Assembly (NCBI GenBank): GCA_964436165.1
Contig: CAYTBY010000003.1
Span: forward strand, 1 to 62,533
DNA: 62,533 bases
From: an uncultured Candidatus Saccharibacteria bacterium
Lineage (GTDB): Bacteria > Patescibacteriota > Minisyncoccia > 2-02-FULL-40-12 > GWA2-44-9
Reading direction: 5' to 3'
Below, in pieces: positions 8,702-19,078 of this stretch; position 1 is the stretch's first letter, and each line of letters opens with the position of its first letter. The position numbers and the translations under genes are program-made. The notes beneath the pieces were generated by a model that worked only from the letters and a program-made list of their open reading frames with translations, was not told the origin of the DNA and did no database searches.

Positions 8702-9577
8702 TCATACTTTTATGCTATGAACATAGTCAACCAACCCTTGTTTATGATTATAACCATTTCTATCCGTTTCATCAACACGGCCCATTATATCAAAGTAAAG
8801 ATTTCTTATTTCTAATCTGGCTCTTTTTATTAAGCCGTCCTCCATGCCGAAAGATTTTTCTAAGAAAACGGATTCGATGAACCGGGCAACCAACGTATCG
8901 CCAAACTCTTTTTCTTTACCTGAAACAAAAGCCAGTCCCCCGGCAATGTCGCGTATCCCATGCTGTTTAGTTAAAATACACGATTCGATTATACCAGTCG
9001 CCCGATTAAACATCTGCCGTTTAGTTGCCTCATAAGCTCTGGAGTCGTCGGCATACTTATTAACTATCTCTCCGACTCTGTAATAAACATAGCTAACCAA
9101 AATAACATGAAGGCTGGGAAAATAATTTCTGGGCCTGTCCAGCAAGTGAAGAATTTGGAGAGGCAGACCCTTGCTTCTCCTATCGGCAAAAACCGTGGGA
9201 GCATGATCAAAGATAAAACCGGCGCTAGAATAAACATCAATTAGAGAAGTGATCAGATTATCAATATCTTGATCAGCTTTATTTTTAAATTCCTTCTTTA
9301 AAAACCAGAGGCTTCCTACCAAAAAGGGTATAAAGCTGAAATAAGTGCTAACTACTCCGGCCATGGGCTGTATTTCCAAATCTAAGGAAACGTCAATAAA
9401 AGTTGCCGGTTTTCTTTTGAGCTGCTGAAAAAAGTAATCGGTAAAAATATGCTTTAGAAGCTTAAAAAGACTTTTTCTGTGCTCTTTAAAAAGATAGAAC
9501 AGGCCATAAAACATGGGACCGGTGCCCAATTTAAAACCTTGATAATAACCAGCGGGGATAATATTCTCGTTTTCCAT
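8702..9577 (-). CDS. PAP2-superfamily-like phosphatase/phosphotransferase
   Basis: FPSLHV and QHGIRDIAGG resemble the PAP2 C2 and C3 motifs. Confidence 0.5.
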   Translation of the reverse strand: MENENIIPAGYYQGFKLGTGPMFYGLFYLFKEHRKSLFKLLKHIFTDYFFQQLKRKPATFIDVSLDLEIQPMAGVVSTYFSFIPFLVGSLWFLKKEFKNKADQDIDNLITSLIDVYSSAGFIFDHAPTVFADRRSKGLPLQILHLLDRPRNYFPSLHVILVSYVYYRVGEIVNKYADDSRAYEATKRQMFNRATGIIESCILTKQHGIRDIAGGLAFVSGKEKEFGDTLVARFIESVFLEKSFGMEDGLIKRARLEIRNLYFDIMGRVDETDRNGYNHKQGLVDYVHSIKV

Positions 9578-9604
9578 CTGATTACTGACGTTGAGTTAAA
9601 TTTA

Positions 9605-10300
9605 TTAAGCCCACCCCTTTTTACGTAAAGCGTCGCTTGCGGCATTTTGCTGGGCTTCTTGTTTCGACGGCCCTTGACCGGAACCAATCATTTCTTTTTC
9701 AAGAAAAACACCGATTTTAAAGTTCCGAGCATGATCCGGCCCCCACTCTTCCAGCACTTCATAGGTAGGCGTAATGCCGACATGCTCCTGGGCATACTCC
9801 TGGAACAAGCTCTTCGGATCGCGATAAAGTCGTTCTTTAATTATTGTCGAAAGTTCTTTGAGGACAAACCGGCTTATGAATTTTTTAGACGGTTCGTAAC
9901 CCTGGTCAAGATAAATGGCCCCGATAAGAGCCTCGATCGCATTGGCTAAAATATACTGTCTGGCCCGGCCGGTATCGCGGGCTTCTCCACGCGAAAGCAA
10001 AACAAAATCATTTAGACTAAATTCATTCGATATTTGAGATAGGATAACGGCATTAACCAGAGCCGCCCGCCAATTGGTCAGTTCCCCTTCGGGATTGGGA
10101 TAGTTATTGTAAAGATATTCGGTCACCACTAATTCTAAAACCGCATCGCCCAAAAATTCCAGACGTTCATTATGGTCCAGATGCCATTTTGGGTTTTCGT
10201 TTAAATACGAACGGTGAGTGAGGGCTTGCAAAAGCAAATCCTTATTTTTGAACTCAAGGCCTATCTTTGCCTCAAGTCCGGAGATTTTATCCTCGAACAC
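9605..10300 (-). CDS. rnc: Ribonuclease III
   Basis: HNERLEFLGDAVL signature plus a C-terminal dsRBD. Confidence 0.98.
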   Translation of the reverse strand: MFEDKISGLEAKIGLEFKNKDLLLQALTHRSYLNENPKWHLDHNERLEFLGDAVLELVVTEYLYNNYPNPEGELTNWRAALVNAVILSQISNEFSLNDFVLLSRGEARDTGRARQYILANAIEALIGAIYLDQGYEPSKKFISRFVLKELSTIIKERLYRDPKSLFQEYAQEHVGITPTYEVLEEWGPDHARNFKIGVFLEKEMIGSGQGPSKQEAQQNAASDALRKKGWA

Positions 10301-10311
10301 GTAGAGAAATT

Positions 10312-10410
10312 AAAAATGCAAAAATCAAAATTCAAAATGACAGTTCAAAATCTTAAAATTTTGAGATTTTACATTGTCATTTTCCATTTTGATATTTAAA
10401 TTTTAAATTA
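10312..10410. repeat. 7-nt-periodic imperfect hairpin
   Basis: A-rich block (AAAATGC AAAAATC AAAATTC) followed by a complementary T-rich block; related arrays at 27293-27321 and 34318-34375. Confidence 0.55.
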
Positions 10411-10411
10411 C

Positions 10412-10945
10412 TTATTCTTTTTTATCTTCATCGTCTTCCTTCCCCCCTCGTTCCTCTGGAGCAGGGCTCACCTCATCAGATGAATCGGCTTTATCTTTTG
10501 CAGGAGGTGCATCATCTTTCCCCGGCTCGCCTATCTCGCGATAAACCGTTCCCAAAACTCCGTTCACAAACTTGCCCGATGATTCTCCGCCGAATGACTT
10601 GGCAAGCTCTATCGCTTCATTTATGGCAACTTTGGGCGGTACTTCATCCCTCTTTCCAAAAAGCAATTCATATAAGCCGATTCTCAAAACATTCCGATCA
10701 ACTACTGCCACTTGATTCAACGGCCATTGAGGAGCGGCCTTTTCTATAATTTTATCAATGTCGTCAATATGCTTGATTGAACCATCAATAAGCTGGTGAA
10801 TAAAGGCCGTATCTTCAAGACCGGAAGCAAATTCTTTTATGTTTCTGTCTCTGATGCCTGCCAACTCTTCCATTTTTCTGCCTCGAAAATCCCACTCATA
10901 GAGGGTTTGCATTGCGACTGAACGTGAAAGATGCCTTGATGCCAC
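10412..10945 (-). CDS. nusB: Transcription antitermination factor NusB (GTG start)
   Basis: [36 protein letters not shown] and FVNGVLG motifs. Confidence 0.96.
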   Translation of the reverse strand: MASRHLSRSVAMQTLYEWDFRGRKMEELAGIRDRNIKEFASGLEDTAFIHQLIDGSIKHIDDIDKIIEKAAPQWPLNQVAVVDRNVLRIGLYELLFGKRDEVPPKVAINEAIELAKSFGGESSGKFVNGVLGTVYREIGEPGKDDAPPAKDKADSSDEVSPAPEERGGKEDDEDKKE

Positions 10946-10954
10946 TTAAAATGT

Positions 10955-11031
10955 AACGCGAATCTACGAATTCACGCGAATGCTACAAATAATTATTTGC
11001 GGCATTCGTATGTCATTCGTTGATTTGCATT
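10955..11031. repeat. Imperfect palindromic element, homologous to 28334-28417
   Basis: Reverse complement starts AATGCAAATCAACGAATGACATACGAATGCCGCAAAT; 33/37 identical to the start of the 28334 copy. Confidence 0.75.
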
Positions 11032-11251
11032 ACTTTTGCCGTTTCTTCAACTTCTCTTTCTTCTTCAATTCTTTTGCCAATACATTAACCGCCTCTTTGC
11101 CCCGGTAAAAACCGCAATTCTTGCAAACTAAATGAGGCAAGGTCTTTTTCTTGCATTGGGGACAATCAGCTAATTTTAACGGCTTGAGGGCTAGATGACT
11201 GCGCCTTCGCAGTTGCTTGCCCTTGGCCATGTGATGACGTGGTACTGCCAT
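11030..11251 (-). CDS. rpmF: 50S ribosomal protein L32
   Basis: MAVPRHH...CPQC...PHLVCKNCGFY zinc-ribbon. Confidence 0.96.
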   Translation of the reverse strand: MAVPRHHMAKGKQLRRRSHLALKPLKLADCPQCKKKTLPHLVCKNCGFYRGKEAVNVLAKELKKKEKLKKRQK

Positions 11252-11464
11252 AATAACTTGTTCGCTCTTTTATCTGGCTCAAATACCTACGAGCCCTCGC
11301 CAAAAGAGCCCCTCGGGTTTACTCAATTTCTTCGTTAAAATCTACGTTTGAGTCTCGACGTAGTTCTACTACGCCTCGCCTCAAGCCTCGATTTTGCCTT
11401 GAACTTGAGATAAACGACCTACGTTATTAAGAATAAGATTAGCATGAAATAATAATTTCTGCAA

Positions 11465-11531
11465 CCAGGAAGTGAATTTTTGAACGGCTTCGCTTGACGC
11501 CTTCGGCGCATTTCGAAAATCTACTTCCTGG
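11465..11531. repeat. Long imperfect hairpin (terminator or palindromic element)
   Basis: CCAGGAAGT...ACTTCCTGG closing stem with internal pairing. Confidence 0.5.
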
Positions 11532-11556
11532 CAAACAAAAAAAGAGCCTGTTAGCT

Positions 11557-12129
11557 CTATTGAAAAACAGTGATTTTATCGTTTTTGTAATAAAAAACTA
11601 GTGTTGAAGTATGGAGATCTTGAACCAGAAACTCTTTATTTCCTCCTTTTTCTTCTAATTGCACGATCAGAGAATGGGCCGACTTTCTTGTTTTTAATGC
11701 CCTGGGGTCTGGCGATACAAATGATATTATCATCGTGGCTTTGCGAATTTTTGTATATAGCCGATTGCTGCCTTCTTTCGTCCTGGGTCTTGTGTCATAA
11801 ACCTGAGACACCACCACATTAAAGTCCTGACAAAGAAAATACTCGAAAGTAGTGCCAAAACTCTTCAATACTGGATCAAATTTGGTTTCTACAATAGTGA
11901 CTCGATAGTTAGGTTCTTTTTGACTTTTTATGTAAAATATAGACGCAACAACTATAAGAGCTAAAACAGACAAAACAAAAAAGATTACTCCGATCTTCTT
12001 GACGTTCACAACTACTCCTCCAAAATCAAGGAACCAGTGGCTATATACTAGCAAAATCTTGATATTTTTGCAAATAAACCAACCAAGTGAACACTTTCCA
12101 TGCCATTTTCGAGTCCATTTCGTGTACAT
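11557..12129 (-). CDS. Hypothetical membrane-anchored protein (true start probably downstream)
   Basis: Single hydrophobic segment KKIGVIFFVLSVLALIVVASIFY followed by a soluble domain. Confidence 0.55.
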   Translation of the reverse strand: MYTKWTRKWHGKCSLGWFICKNIKILLVYSHWFLDFGGVVVNVKKIGVIFFVLSVLALIVVASIFYIKSQKEPNYRVTIVETKFDPVLKSFGTTFEYFLCQDFNVVVSQVYDTRPRTKEGSNRLYTKIRKATMIISFVSPDPRALKTRKSAHSLIVQLEEKGGNKEFLVQDLHTSTLVFYYKNDKITVFQ

Positions 12130-12182
12130 AAGGCAGATATGGATGTCCTCGCAGCGCGCATCCGCGACTGAGCGGGCAGGGT

Positions 12183-12225
12183 TAAATAACTATGTTAAAC
12201 ATCCGATGTTTAACATAGTTATTTA
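12183..12225. repeat. Perfect palindrome (21-bp arms, 1-nt loop)
   Basis: TAAATAACTATGTTAAACATC-c-GATGTTTAACATAGTTATTTA. Confidence 0.85.
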
Positions 12226-12250
12226 GAGCGAAGGAGCGGCGCAATGAGAG

Positions 12251-12324
12251 CTCTCGCTGGGTCAAGGCGAAGGTTCACTGGAGGAACTTCCAGGGAATCG
12301 CCTCAGCTCGAATGGTAGCGAGAG
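12251..12324 (+). repeat. Nested hairpin element, GGGTCAAGGCGAAGGTT...GGAATCGCCTC family
   Basis: Same flanking motifs at 26048-26101 around a different central hairpin. Confidence 0.7.
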
Positions 12325-12446
12325 GATATCTATATCTGCCTTAAACGTAACGATGATAAGGAAAATGGTTGGAAAAAGATTAAATTTTTGACTTGTCCAC
12401 ACTTTTTCCTCATTGCTCAGTTTGGTGCGAGTGATAAAATTAGATT

Positions 12447-15400
12447 ATGAAGTTCGTACACCTCCACACACATTCTCACTACTCATTACTCGACGGACTA
12501 TCAAGAATAGATGAGTTGATTGCCAAAGCCAAAGAAATGGGCATGGAAGCGCTGGCAATCACCGATCATGGCGTCATGTATGGCGCCATTGAATTTTATA
12601 AGAAAGCGAAAAAGGCGGGAATCAAGCCGATAATCGGCTGTCTTCCTCCTGGCCATTTAATAATAACTAGAGACGGGATTAAATCCATTGAAAGTATAAA
12701 AGTTGGGGATATGGTATTGACCCACAAGGGTAGATTCAAGAAAGTTTCTCATATAATGTCACGGAGCCATAGCGGAAAAATTTACGGGATTAAAGCAGCT
12801 AATTCAAATACTGTATGGGTTACCGAAGAGCATCCTATATTAGTAACAAATTCCCATACTAAATTTACCGAGTGGCGAAGAGCCGATCAGCTCGATTGGG
12901 GTAGGAAAAATAAGCATGGGGGAGTTAAAAGTTGGAAATTATATGCATCATTCCCAAAACTAAAAGAAAATATCGAGGATACCTTATCGCCGCTTAATTA
13001 TCTTGATAAAAATTACTATGGGATTGTAAACGATAATATAAGGAAAATAAAAAAATATAATAAGTATGATTCCTTAATCAGCTCGCCAGTATTATCGTCA
13101 AATATCCAAGTTACTAATGACTTTGCCTATTTTCTTGGCCTTTTCATTGCGGAAGGAAGTTTTCAAAAAGATCCTAAAGGCAGACCGACGTCTTTAACTT
13201 TTACCTTTAATATAAAAGAAGACTATCTTGTATCTAAAGCTCGATATATTTTAGATCAGCTTTCGCCTAATAAAACTTCCATTGCCATTAGACCAAACAA
13301 AAATATTACGGAGATTCATCATTCAAACACCCTTCTGGCTAGATTTATGTATAACTTTGCCGGTCATGGAGCGGGTGGTAAAAGAATACCGCCATCCGCT
13401 TTTTATTGGTCTCTGGGACGTTTAGAAAGTTTGCTTTCTGGGATAGTAGCTGGTGACGGTAGAATCAATCGGGAAAATAATAATGCGGTAGTGCTCAGAG
13501 TAAAATCTCGCGATCTAGCGTGGGGAGTAAAGTTAGTTGCTGCAAAATTGGGATATCCATGCAAAGTATCAGAAAGGCAAGAAGGCAAAAAAACTATATA
13601 TCAAATATGCTGGTCGCCCAATGGTAAATATAAAAGAATACTAGAAGACGATAAATATTTATATTTGCCCATTAAAACCATAGAAACAAAATATTACAGT
13701 GGTCCCGTTTATAATTTTACAGTAGAAGAAGATAATTCTTATGTCTCTGATATCATATTGCATAATTGTGAATTATATATGGCAGAAAACTCAATGCACG
13801 ATAAAAGAGCCGGCATCGATGACAAACGTTATCACCTGATAGTTTTGGCTGAAAATGAGACCGGTTATAAAAATCTGATCAAACTTGTCAGTGCCGCCCA
13901 CCTCGAGGGCTTCTATTATAAGCCGAGGGTCGACAAAGAATTACTAAAAAAACATTCCAATGGCCTTATCGGCTTATCAGCCTGTCTTGGTGGAGAAATC
14001 TCAAGAGCAATTTCTTCAAATAATTTTGCTAAAGCCAAAAAAATTGCCCTGGACTATGAGGAAATATTCGGTAAGGGCAATTTTTTTATCGAACTCCAAC
14101 AACACCCCCATATCGAAGATCAAAACAAAGTCACCCCTCAACTTATAAAGCTAGCCAAAGAAACCGGTATTCCTCTGGTCGCCACTCAAGACTCGCATTA
14201 CCTTAATTCCGATGACGCCCACGCTCATGATGTTCTTCTGGCCGTTCAAACCGGCAATAAATTAGATGACAATGATCGTTTAACCATGAAAGATGACAAT
14301 TTCTCTCTTCTCCACGAATCTGAAATGTATGAAAAATTTAAATCATTAGGCGAGAATGTGGTTGAGGAGGCATTCGGTAATACAAATAAAATCGCCGAGA
14401 GGTGTAATCTAGAGATAGAGCTTGGCAAGACCAAATTGCCCTTTTTCCACTTACCGGAAAATTACAAAAATGCGGATGAATACTTAAAAAAGCTATCTCT
14501 CGACGGCCTATCGGCTCGTTACGGAGACGAGATTAGTAATAACATCCACGACCGTCTTGAATACGAATTGAAAGTAATAACCCAAACCGGTTTTGCTTCC
14601 TATTTCTTGATCGTCCAGGACTTCGTTAACTGGGCCAAACAAAACGGGATTATTGTCGGCCCCGGCCGCGGTTCAGCGGCTGGAAGTTTAGTCTCTTATC
14701 TCCTTGGTATTACTAACATTGATCCCCTCAAATATAATCTCCTTTTCGAAAGATTTCTTAATCCAGAGCGCGTTTCCATGCCTGATATAGATTTGGACTT
14801 CGATGATGCTCGAAGAAACGAAGTACTTAAATACGTCGCTGATAAATACGGCCACGACCATGTTGCCCAAGTAATTACCTTCGGTACGATGGCAGCCCGA
14901 GGAAGCATCCGCGATGCCGGAAGAGCGTTGGGTTATTCTTACGATTTCTGCGACAAAATAGCTAAAATGATACCCCTCAACCCAAATCAGGGCAAATCAA
15001 GCCTAAAGAAAGCCGTTGAGGTCGTCGATGAATTAAAACAGGCTTATGATACCAACCCAGATGTCAAAAAACTAATTGATTCGGCTTCCCGCCTTGAAGG
15101 TGTCGCCCGCCATTCCTCTACCCACGCCTGCGCGGTTGTAATAACCCCGGAGCCACTGACCGAGTATCTGCCTCTTCAGCGCGGTACGAACGAAGAAGAT
15201 ATTATCACTCAATACGATATGCATACTGTCGGAGATGATTTAGGTCTTTTAAAAATTGATTTCCTCGGACTAGCTAACCTGACTATCATTAATAACGCTC
15301 TTACGGAAATAAAAAGAAATCATGGGATAGATATAGACATAGACGCCTTACCCCTGGATGATAAAAAAACTTTTAAACTTCTCCGCGAGGCAAAGACCAC

Positions 15401-16793
15401 AGGTATTTTCCAGTTGGAATCAAATGGAATGAAAAGATATTTAAAAGAATTAAAACCTACCAGCATTGAAGACATTATCGTAATGATATCTTTGTACCGC
15501 CCGGGACCATTGGAAACCGGGATGGTTGAAGAATATATAGAACGGAAACACGGCCGAAAAAAAATCTCGTACCTTCATCCATTAATGGAACCGATTTTAA
15601 ATAATACATATGGCATTATAATTTACCAGGAACAGCTGATGCAGATCGCTAATACTTTGGCAAATTTTACTCTTCCCCAAGGATATACCCTGATAAAAGC
15701 CGTCGGAAAGAAGATAAAATCCCTGCTCGATGAACAAAGGGAGAAACTTATTGATGGAATGGTGGCGAATAACATAAATAAAGTAACCGCTGAAAAGGTC
15801 TGGGATTTCATTGAACCCTTCGCCCGTTATGGATTCAACCGATCCCATGCCGCCTGTTACGCTATGATCGGCTATCAGACCGCCTATCTTAAAGCCAACT
15901 ATCCCACTGAATTTATGGCCGCATTTATGAACAGCGAGACCGGCGACATTGAGAGAGTTGCCTTTCTAATTGAAGAATGTAAAGACATGGGCATTGAGGT
16001 CTTGCCTCCGTCAATAGACGAGAGTTATGAAAGATTTGCGGTTGTCCCCTCAAACGGCAAGCCAGCTATCCGATTCGGTTTAACCGCCGTTAAAAATGTC
16101 GGCGAGAATGTTGTCTCGGCTATCATAAAAGAACGCCGAGCATTGGGCTCTTTCAAAAATGCCGAGGACCTTGTTTCCAGAATTCAAAATAAGGACTTAA
16201 ATAAAAAATCCCTCGAAAGTTTGATAAAATGCGGGGCCATGGATACTTTCGGAGAAAGAAATACCTTGATTCACAATCTTGAAGCCCTTCTTTCTCACGC
16301 CCGCGATAAACAGAAACACTCATCAACCGGCCAAGTTAGTTTATTCGGAAATTCTGTCGAGACCGAATTGCCTCCTTTGCGACTAGCTACTGCCGAACCG
16401 GCAAAATCGTGGGAGAAATTGTTATGGGAAAAAGAACTCTTGGGATTATATGTTTCAGACCATCCTCTCAATAATTGCCAAGCTCAATTAAAACTTGAAA
16501 AGGTTGTACCTATTAAAAGCATTACCCTGACCACGCCCGGCTCAATAAAAATTGGCGGCATTGTAACTCGAGTTCAGAAAATAGTAACCAAGAACGGAAA
16601 ACCGATGTTATTCTCGCACATCGAAGACCTTACATCCAAGATAGAGCTGGTCGTTTTTCCAAACGTTTTAGAAAAAAACCCCGAAATATGGAAAGAAAAC
16701 AGTTTGGTTGTCGCCCGAGGCAAAGTTAATGACCGTGATGGGGTTTTGAAGTTACTCTGCGACGAAGTAAAGCCGTTAATGGCAAGTATTTAA
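12447..16793 (+). CDS. dnaE: DNA polymerase III alpha subunit (intein-containing)
   Basis: [29 protein letters not shown] and FNRSHA motifs, C-terminal OB fold. Confidence 0.98.
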   Translation: MKFVHLHTHSHYSLLDGLSRIDELIAKAKEMGMEALAITDHGVMYGAIEFYKKAKKAGIKPIIGCLPPGHLIITRDGIKSIESIKVGDMVLTHKGRFKKVSHIMSRSHSGKIYGIKAANSNTVWVTEEHPILVTNSHTKFTEWRRADQLDWGRKNKHGGVKSWKLYASFPKLKENIEDTLSPLNYLDKNYYGIVNDNIRKIKKYNKYDSLISSPVLSSNIQVTNDFAYFLGLFIAEGSFQKDPKGRPTSLTFTFNIKEDYLVSKARYILDQLSPNKTSIAIRPNKNITEIHHSNTLLARFMYNFAGHGAGGKRIPPSAFYWSLGRLESLLSGIVAGDGRINRENNNAVVLRVKSRDLAWGVKLVAAKLGYPCKVSERQEGKKTIYQICWSPNGKYKRILEDDKYLYLPIKTIETKYYSGPVYNFTVEEDNSYVSDIILHNCELYMAENSMHDKRAGIDDKRYHLIVLAENETGYKNLIKLVSAAHLEGFYYKPRVDKELLKKHSNGLIGLSACLGGEISRAISSNNFAKAKKIALDYEEIFGKGNFFIELQQHPHIEDQNKVTPQLIKLAKETGIPLVATQDSHYLNSDDAHAHDVLLAVQTGNKLDDNDRLTMKDDNFSLLHESEMYEKFKSLGENVVEEAFGNTNKIAERCNLEIELGKTKLPFFHLPENYKNADEYLKKLSLDGLSARYGDEISNNIHDRLEYELKVITQTGFASYFLIVQDFVNWAKQNGIIVGPGRGSAAGSLVSYLLGITNIDPLKYNLLFERFLNPERVSMPDIDLDFDDARRNEVLKYVADKYGHDHVAQVITFGTMAARGSIRDAGRALGYSYDFCDKIAKMIPLNPNQGKSSLKKAVEVVDELKQAYDTNPDVKKLIDSASRLEGVARHSSTHACAVVITPEPLTEYLPLQRGTNEEDIITQYDMHTVGDDLGLLKIDFLGLANLTIINNALTEIKRNHGIDIDIDALPLDDKKTFKLLREAKTTGIFQLESNGMKRYLKELKPTSIEDIIVMISLYRPGPLETGMVEEYIERKHGRKKISYLHPLMEPILNNTYGIIIYQEQLMQIANTLANFTLPQGYTLIKAVGKKIKSLLDEQREKLIDGMVANNINKVTAEKVWDFIEPFARYGFNRSHAACYAMIGYQTAYLKANYPTEFMAAFMNSETGDIERVAFLIEECKDMGIEVLPPSIDESYERFAVVPSNGKPAIRFGLTAVKNVGENVVSAIIKERRALGSFKNAEDLVSRIQNKDLNKKSLESLIKCGAMDTFGERNTLIHNLEALLSHARDKQKHSSTGQVSLFGNSVETELPPLRLATAEPAKSWEKLLWEKELLGLYVSDHPLNNCQAQLKLEKVVPIKSITLTTPGSIKIGGIVTRVQKIVTKNGKPMLFSHIEDLTSKIELVVFPNVLEKNPEIWKENSLVVARGKVNDRDGVLKLLCDEVKPLMASI
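12639..13766 (+). mobile_element. DnaE intein with LAGLIDADG endonuclease (376 aa)
   Basis: KPIIG|CLPPG...IILHN|CELY; LAGLIDADG-like [10 protein letters not shown] and [10 protein letters not shown]; excision restores IIGCE. Confidence 0.95.
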
Positions 16794-16859
16794 AAGATGG
16801 GTCTTGAAATAATTGGCCGCGCTCTGCTTCTTGCATTGCGCGGCCTTAGACTGTGGACG

Positions 16860-17081
16860 TCAATGGCCCCTTTCTTCGAATTGAGGTGGTTTGATAATAC
16901 CCCACTTCTCAAAAAGAAACATTTTTCTGATTAGGCTCACCATCAGAGCCTCACCCGCTAATTTCTCCGTCCAAAGGGCTTCGCGTACCGCCCCAGGAAC
17001 AACCGTATGATTTAGTTTGTAGATAAGGACCAGAATCTCACCATCTGACGTAGCGGCAACTGTCTCATACAGGGGTAGCAT
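16860..17081 (-). CDS. Hypothetical protein
   Basis: 73-aa ORF with an AAGGAGG Shine-Dalgarno sequence upstream of the ATG. Confidence 0.6.
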   Translation of the reverse strand: MLPLYETVAATSDGEILVLIYKLNHTVVPGAVREALWTEKLAGEALMVSLIRKMFLFEKWGIIKPPQFEERGH

Positions 17082-17186
17082 ATCTGCCTCCTTTCTTCTC
17101 TCGAATTTGTATTTTAATCATATCATAGACTGGATAAAAAATCAAGTCTTTTAGCGATTCTGTTTTTTTGTTATTCTAATTTCATT

Positions 17187-18413
17187 ATGATTACGAGCAA
17201 ACAAGAAAAATCAAAACAAGACCATCGTGATATCGGCCGTGAACTAGACCTGTTCAGTTTCCATGAGATAGCGCCCGGAGCACCGTTTTGGCATCCCAAA
17301 GGCATGGCTATTTTTAAAGAACTCGAGAAATTGGCCCGGGGAATAAATGAACGCGACGGCTACTTGGAAATATCAACCCCGATCCTGGTAAAAAAAGAGG
17401 TTTTTGAAAAATCCGGTCACTGGGACCATTACCGCGATAATATGTTCTACTTTACCAACCCCCGCGATGAAAACGAATCGCTTGTCGTCAAACCGATGAA
17501 TTGCCCCGAATCGACATACATCTATAGTTCGGCCGTAAGAAGTTACCGGGAGCTTCCATTGCGGCTGGCGGAGATCGGACGTTTGAACCGAAATGAGCTT
17601 TCGGGTACTTTGGGCGGCCTTTTCAGGGTCCGTCAGATAACTATGGACGATGCTCATATTTACCTGATGCCCGAACACGTAGAAGACGAGATAGCGAAGA
17701 TAACCAAGACGATAAAGGATTTTTACGGAATGTTCGGCTTTGCTACCACTTATGTTTTAGCTACCCGTCCTAAAGATGCGCTTGGAACCAAAGAAGAATG
17801 GGACCGAGCAGAAAAAGCATTAGAAAATGCCCTTAAAAAAGCCGGGGTCAAATATTCACTGGCAAAAGAAGAGGGGGCGTTTTACGGGCCGAAGATCGAA
17901 GCCCACTTGCGGGATTCCCAGGATCGCGACTGGCAAATGGGCACGGCTCAACTGGATCTGGTTATGCTCCCGAAAGAATTTGATGTCTACTATATCGATG
18001 AAAAGGGTGAGAAGAAAATGCCCTGGGTAATTCACCGGGCGATTTTCGGTTCATTTGAACGTTTCATCGGCGTTCTACTGGAGCATACAAACGGCAACTT
18101 GCCGGTCTGGCTATCCCCCGTTCAAACGATAATCCTGCCGATATCGGACAAACAAAATGAAGGCGCAGAAAAAATATTAGAACAACTTAAAAAAGCCGGC
18201 GTCAGAGCTGAAATAAATACTGACAACGAAACCCTTGGCAAAAAAATACGCTTCGCCGAACTCCAAAAAATTCCATATCTTCTGGTCGTTGGCGACAAAG
18301 AACTACAAGCCAATGCCGTCGCCGTCCGCCAGAGAAGCAAGGGTGATTTAGGCCAGGTAAAAATTGAAGAATTTATCGAAAAAGTAAAAAAAGAAATAAA
18401 AGATAAAAAATAA
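17187..18413 (+). CDS. thrS: Threonyl-tRNA synthetase, short form (catalytic and anticodon domains only)
   Basis: Starts at DHRDIGRELDLF; KPMNCP, MDDAHI, FYGPKI and IHRAIFGSFERF motifs; no N1/N2 domains. Confidence 0.95.
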   Translation: MITSKQEKSKQDHRDIGRELDLFSFHEIAPGAPFWHPKGMAIFKELEKLARGINERDGYLEISTPILVKKEVFEKSGHWDHYRDNMFYFTNPRDENESLVVKPMNCPESTYIYSSAVRSYRELPLRLAEIGRLNRNELSGTLGGLFRVRQITMDDAHIYLMPEHVEDEIAKITKTIKDFYGMFGFATTYVLATRPKDALGTKEEWDRAEKALENALKKAGVKYSLAKEEGAFYGPKIEAHLRDSQDRDWQMGTAQLDLVMLPKEFDVYYIDEKGEKKMPWVIHRAIFGSFERFIGVLLEHTNGNLPVWLSPVQTIILPISDKQNEGAEKILEQLKKAGVRAEINTDNETLGKKIRFAELQKIPYLLVVGDKELQANAVAVRQRSKGDLGQVKIEEFIEKVKKEIKDKK

Positions 18414-18420
18414 TAGGTCC

Positions 18421-18840
18421 TCATCGAGGACCTATATTTTTACCAGCATTCATAGCTAAAAGCGAAGCAATTATGACAAGGGCTAGGGCAATCCAACCAT
18501 CGCGAGTCGGTAATTCGTGGACCCTGAAGTACATCATCATAACCGTCCAGACAGTCATTGCGGCAAGATTAAGAATAACTGCCGGATATACTTCACTGAA
18601 ATGATCCAATGACAATTTATAGGCCGTAAAGATTAACACCCCTCCGGTCCAATAAAAAGGCTGTAGCATACCCACCGAAATTGTAATAAACGGCCACCAG
18701 CTATCAAATTTCCAACCAAATAACGGTGTTATATACCGACCCTCTTTTATATTCGCAACGAGAGAATAGGTAAGAATACTGGTCCAATGAGACATAATAA
18801 CGAGTAGCGGTACTAGTATATAGCCGAGGAGATTACTCAA
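18421..18840 (-). CDS. Small multi-pass membrane protein
   Basis: About four transmembrane segments. Confidence 0.65.
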   Translation of the reverse strand: MSNLLGYILVPLLVIMSHWTSILTYSLVANIKEGRYITPLFGWKFDSWWPFITISVGMLQPFYWTGGVLIFTAYKLSLDHFSEVYPAVILNLAAMTVWTVMMMYFRVHELPTRDGWIALALVIIASLLAMNAGKNIGPR

Positions 18841-19078
18841 CTTTGCACCCCCAACTCAAAGAACAACTTAGTAGATACTACAATAAAACAGTTAAAAATA
18901 AAACCTAAGCCAGCGCAGTCGCCGTCCGCCTTCGGCAGAACGAAGTCAGCCTGCGGCCTGGCTACGCCAATGGCTATGCCATGGCGAGCGCGACGCAGTC
19001 CGCCAACACGGTAGGGGTCTGTTGCGGAAATGGTATTCGGCAACAGCCCCAAAAATAACCGGCGAAATAAAAAAAGAC

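Noticed and set aside
12270-12300. RNase P RNA (GAGGAAC resembles GAGGAAAGUCC)
   Set aside because: The other universally conserved RNase P segments are absent, and the motif is the variable centre of a repeat.
19010-19052. tmRNA 5' end (GGGGCTG on the minus strand) and ORF 18837-19052
   Set aside because: No TTCGA-type motif or tRNA-like 3' end was found, and the ORF translation is not protein-like.
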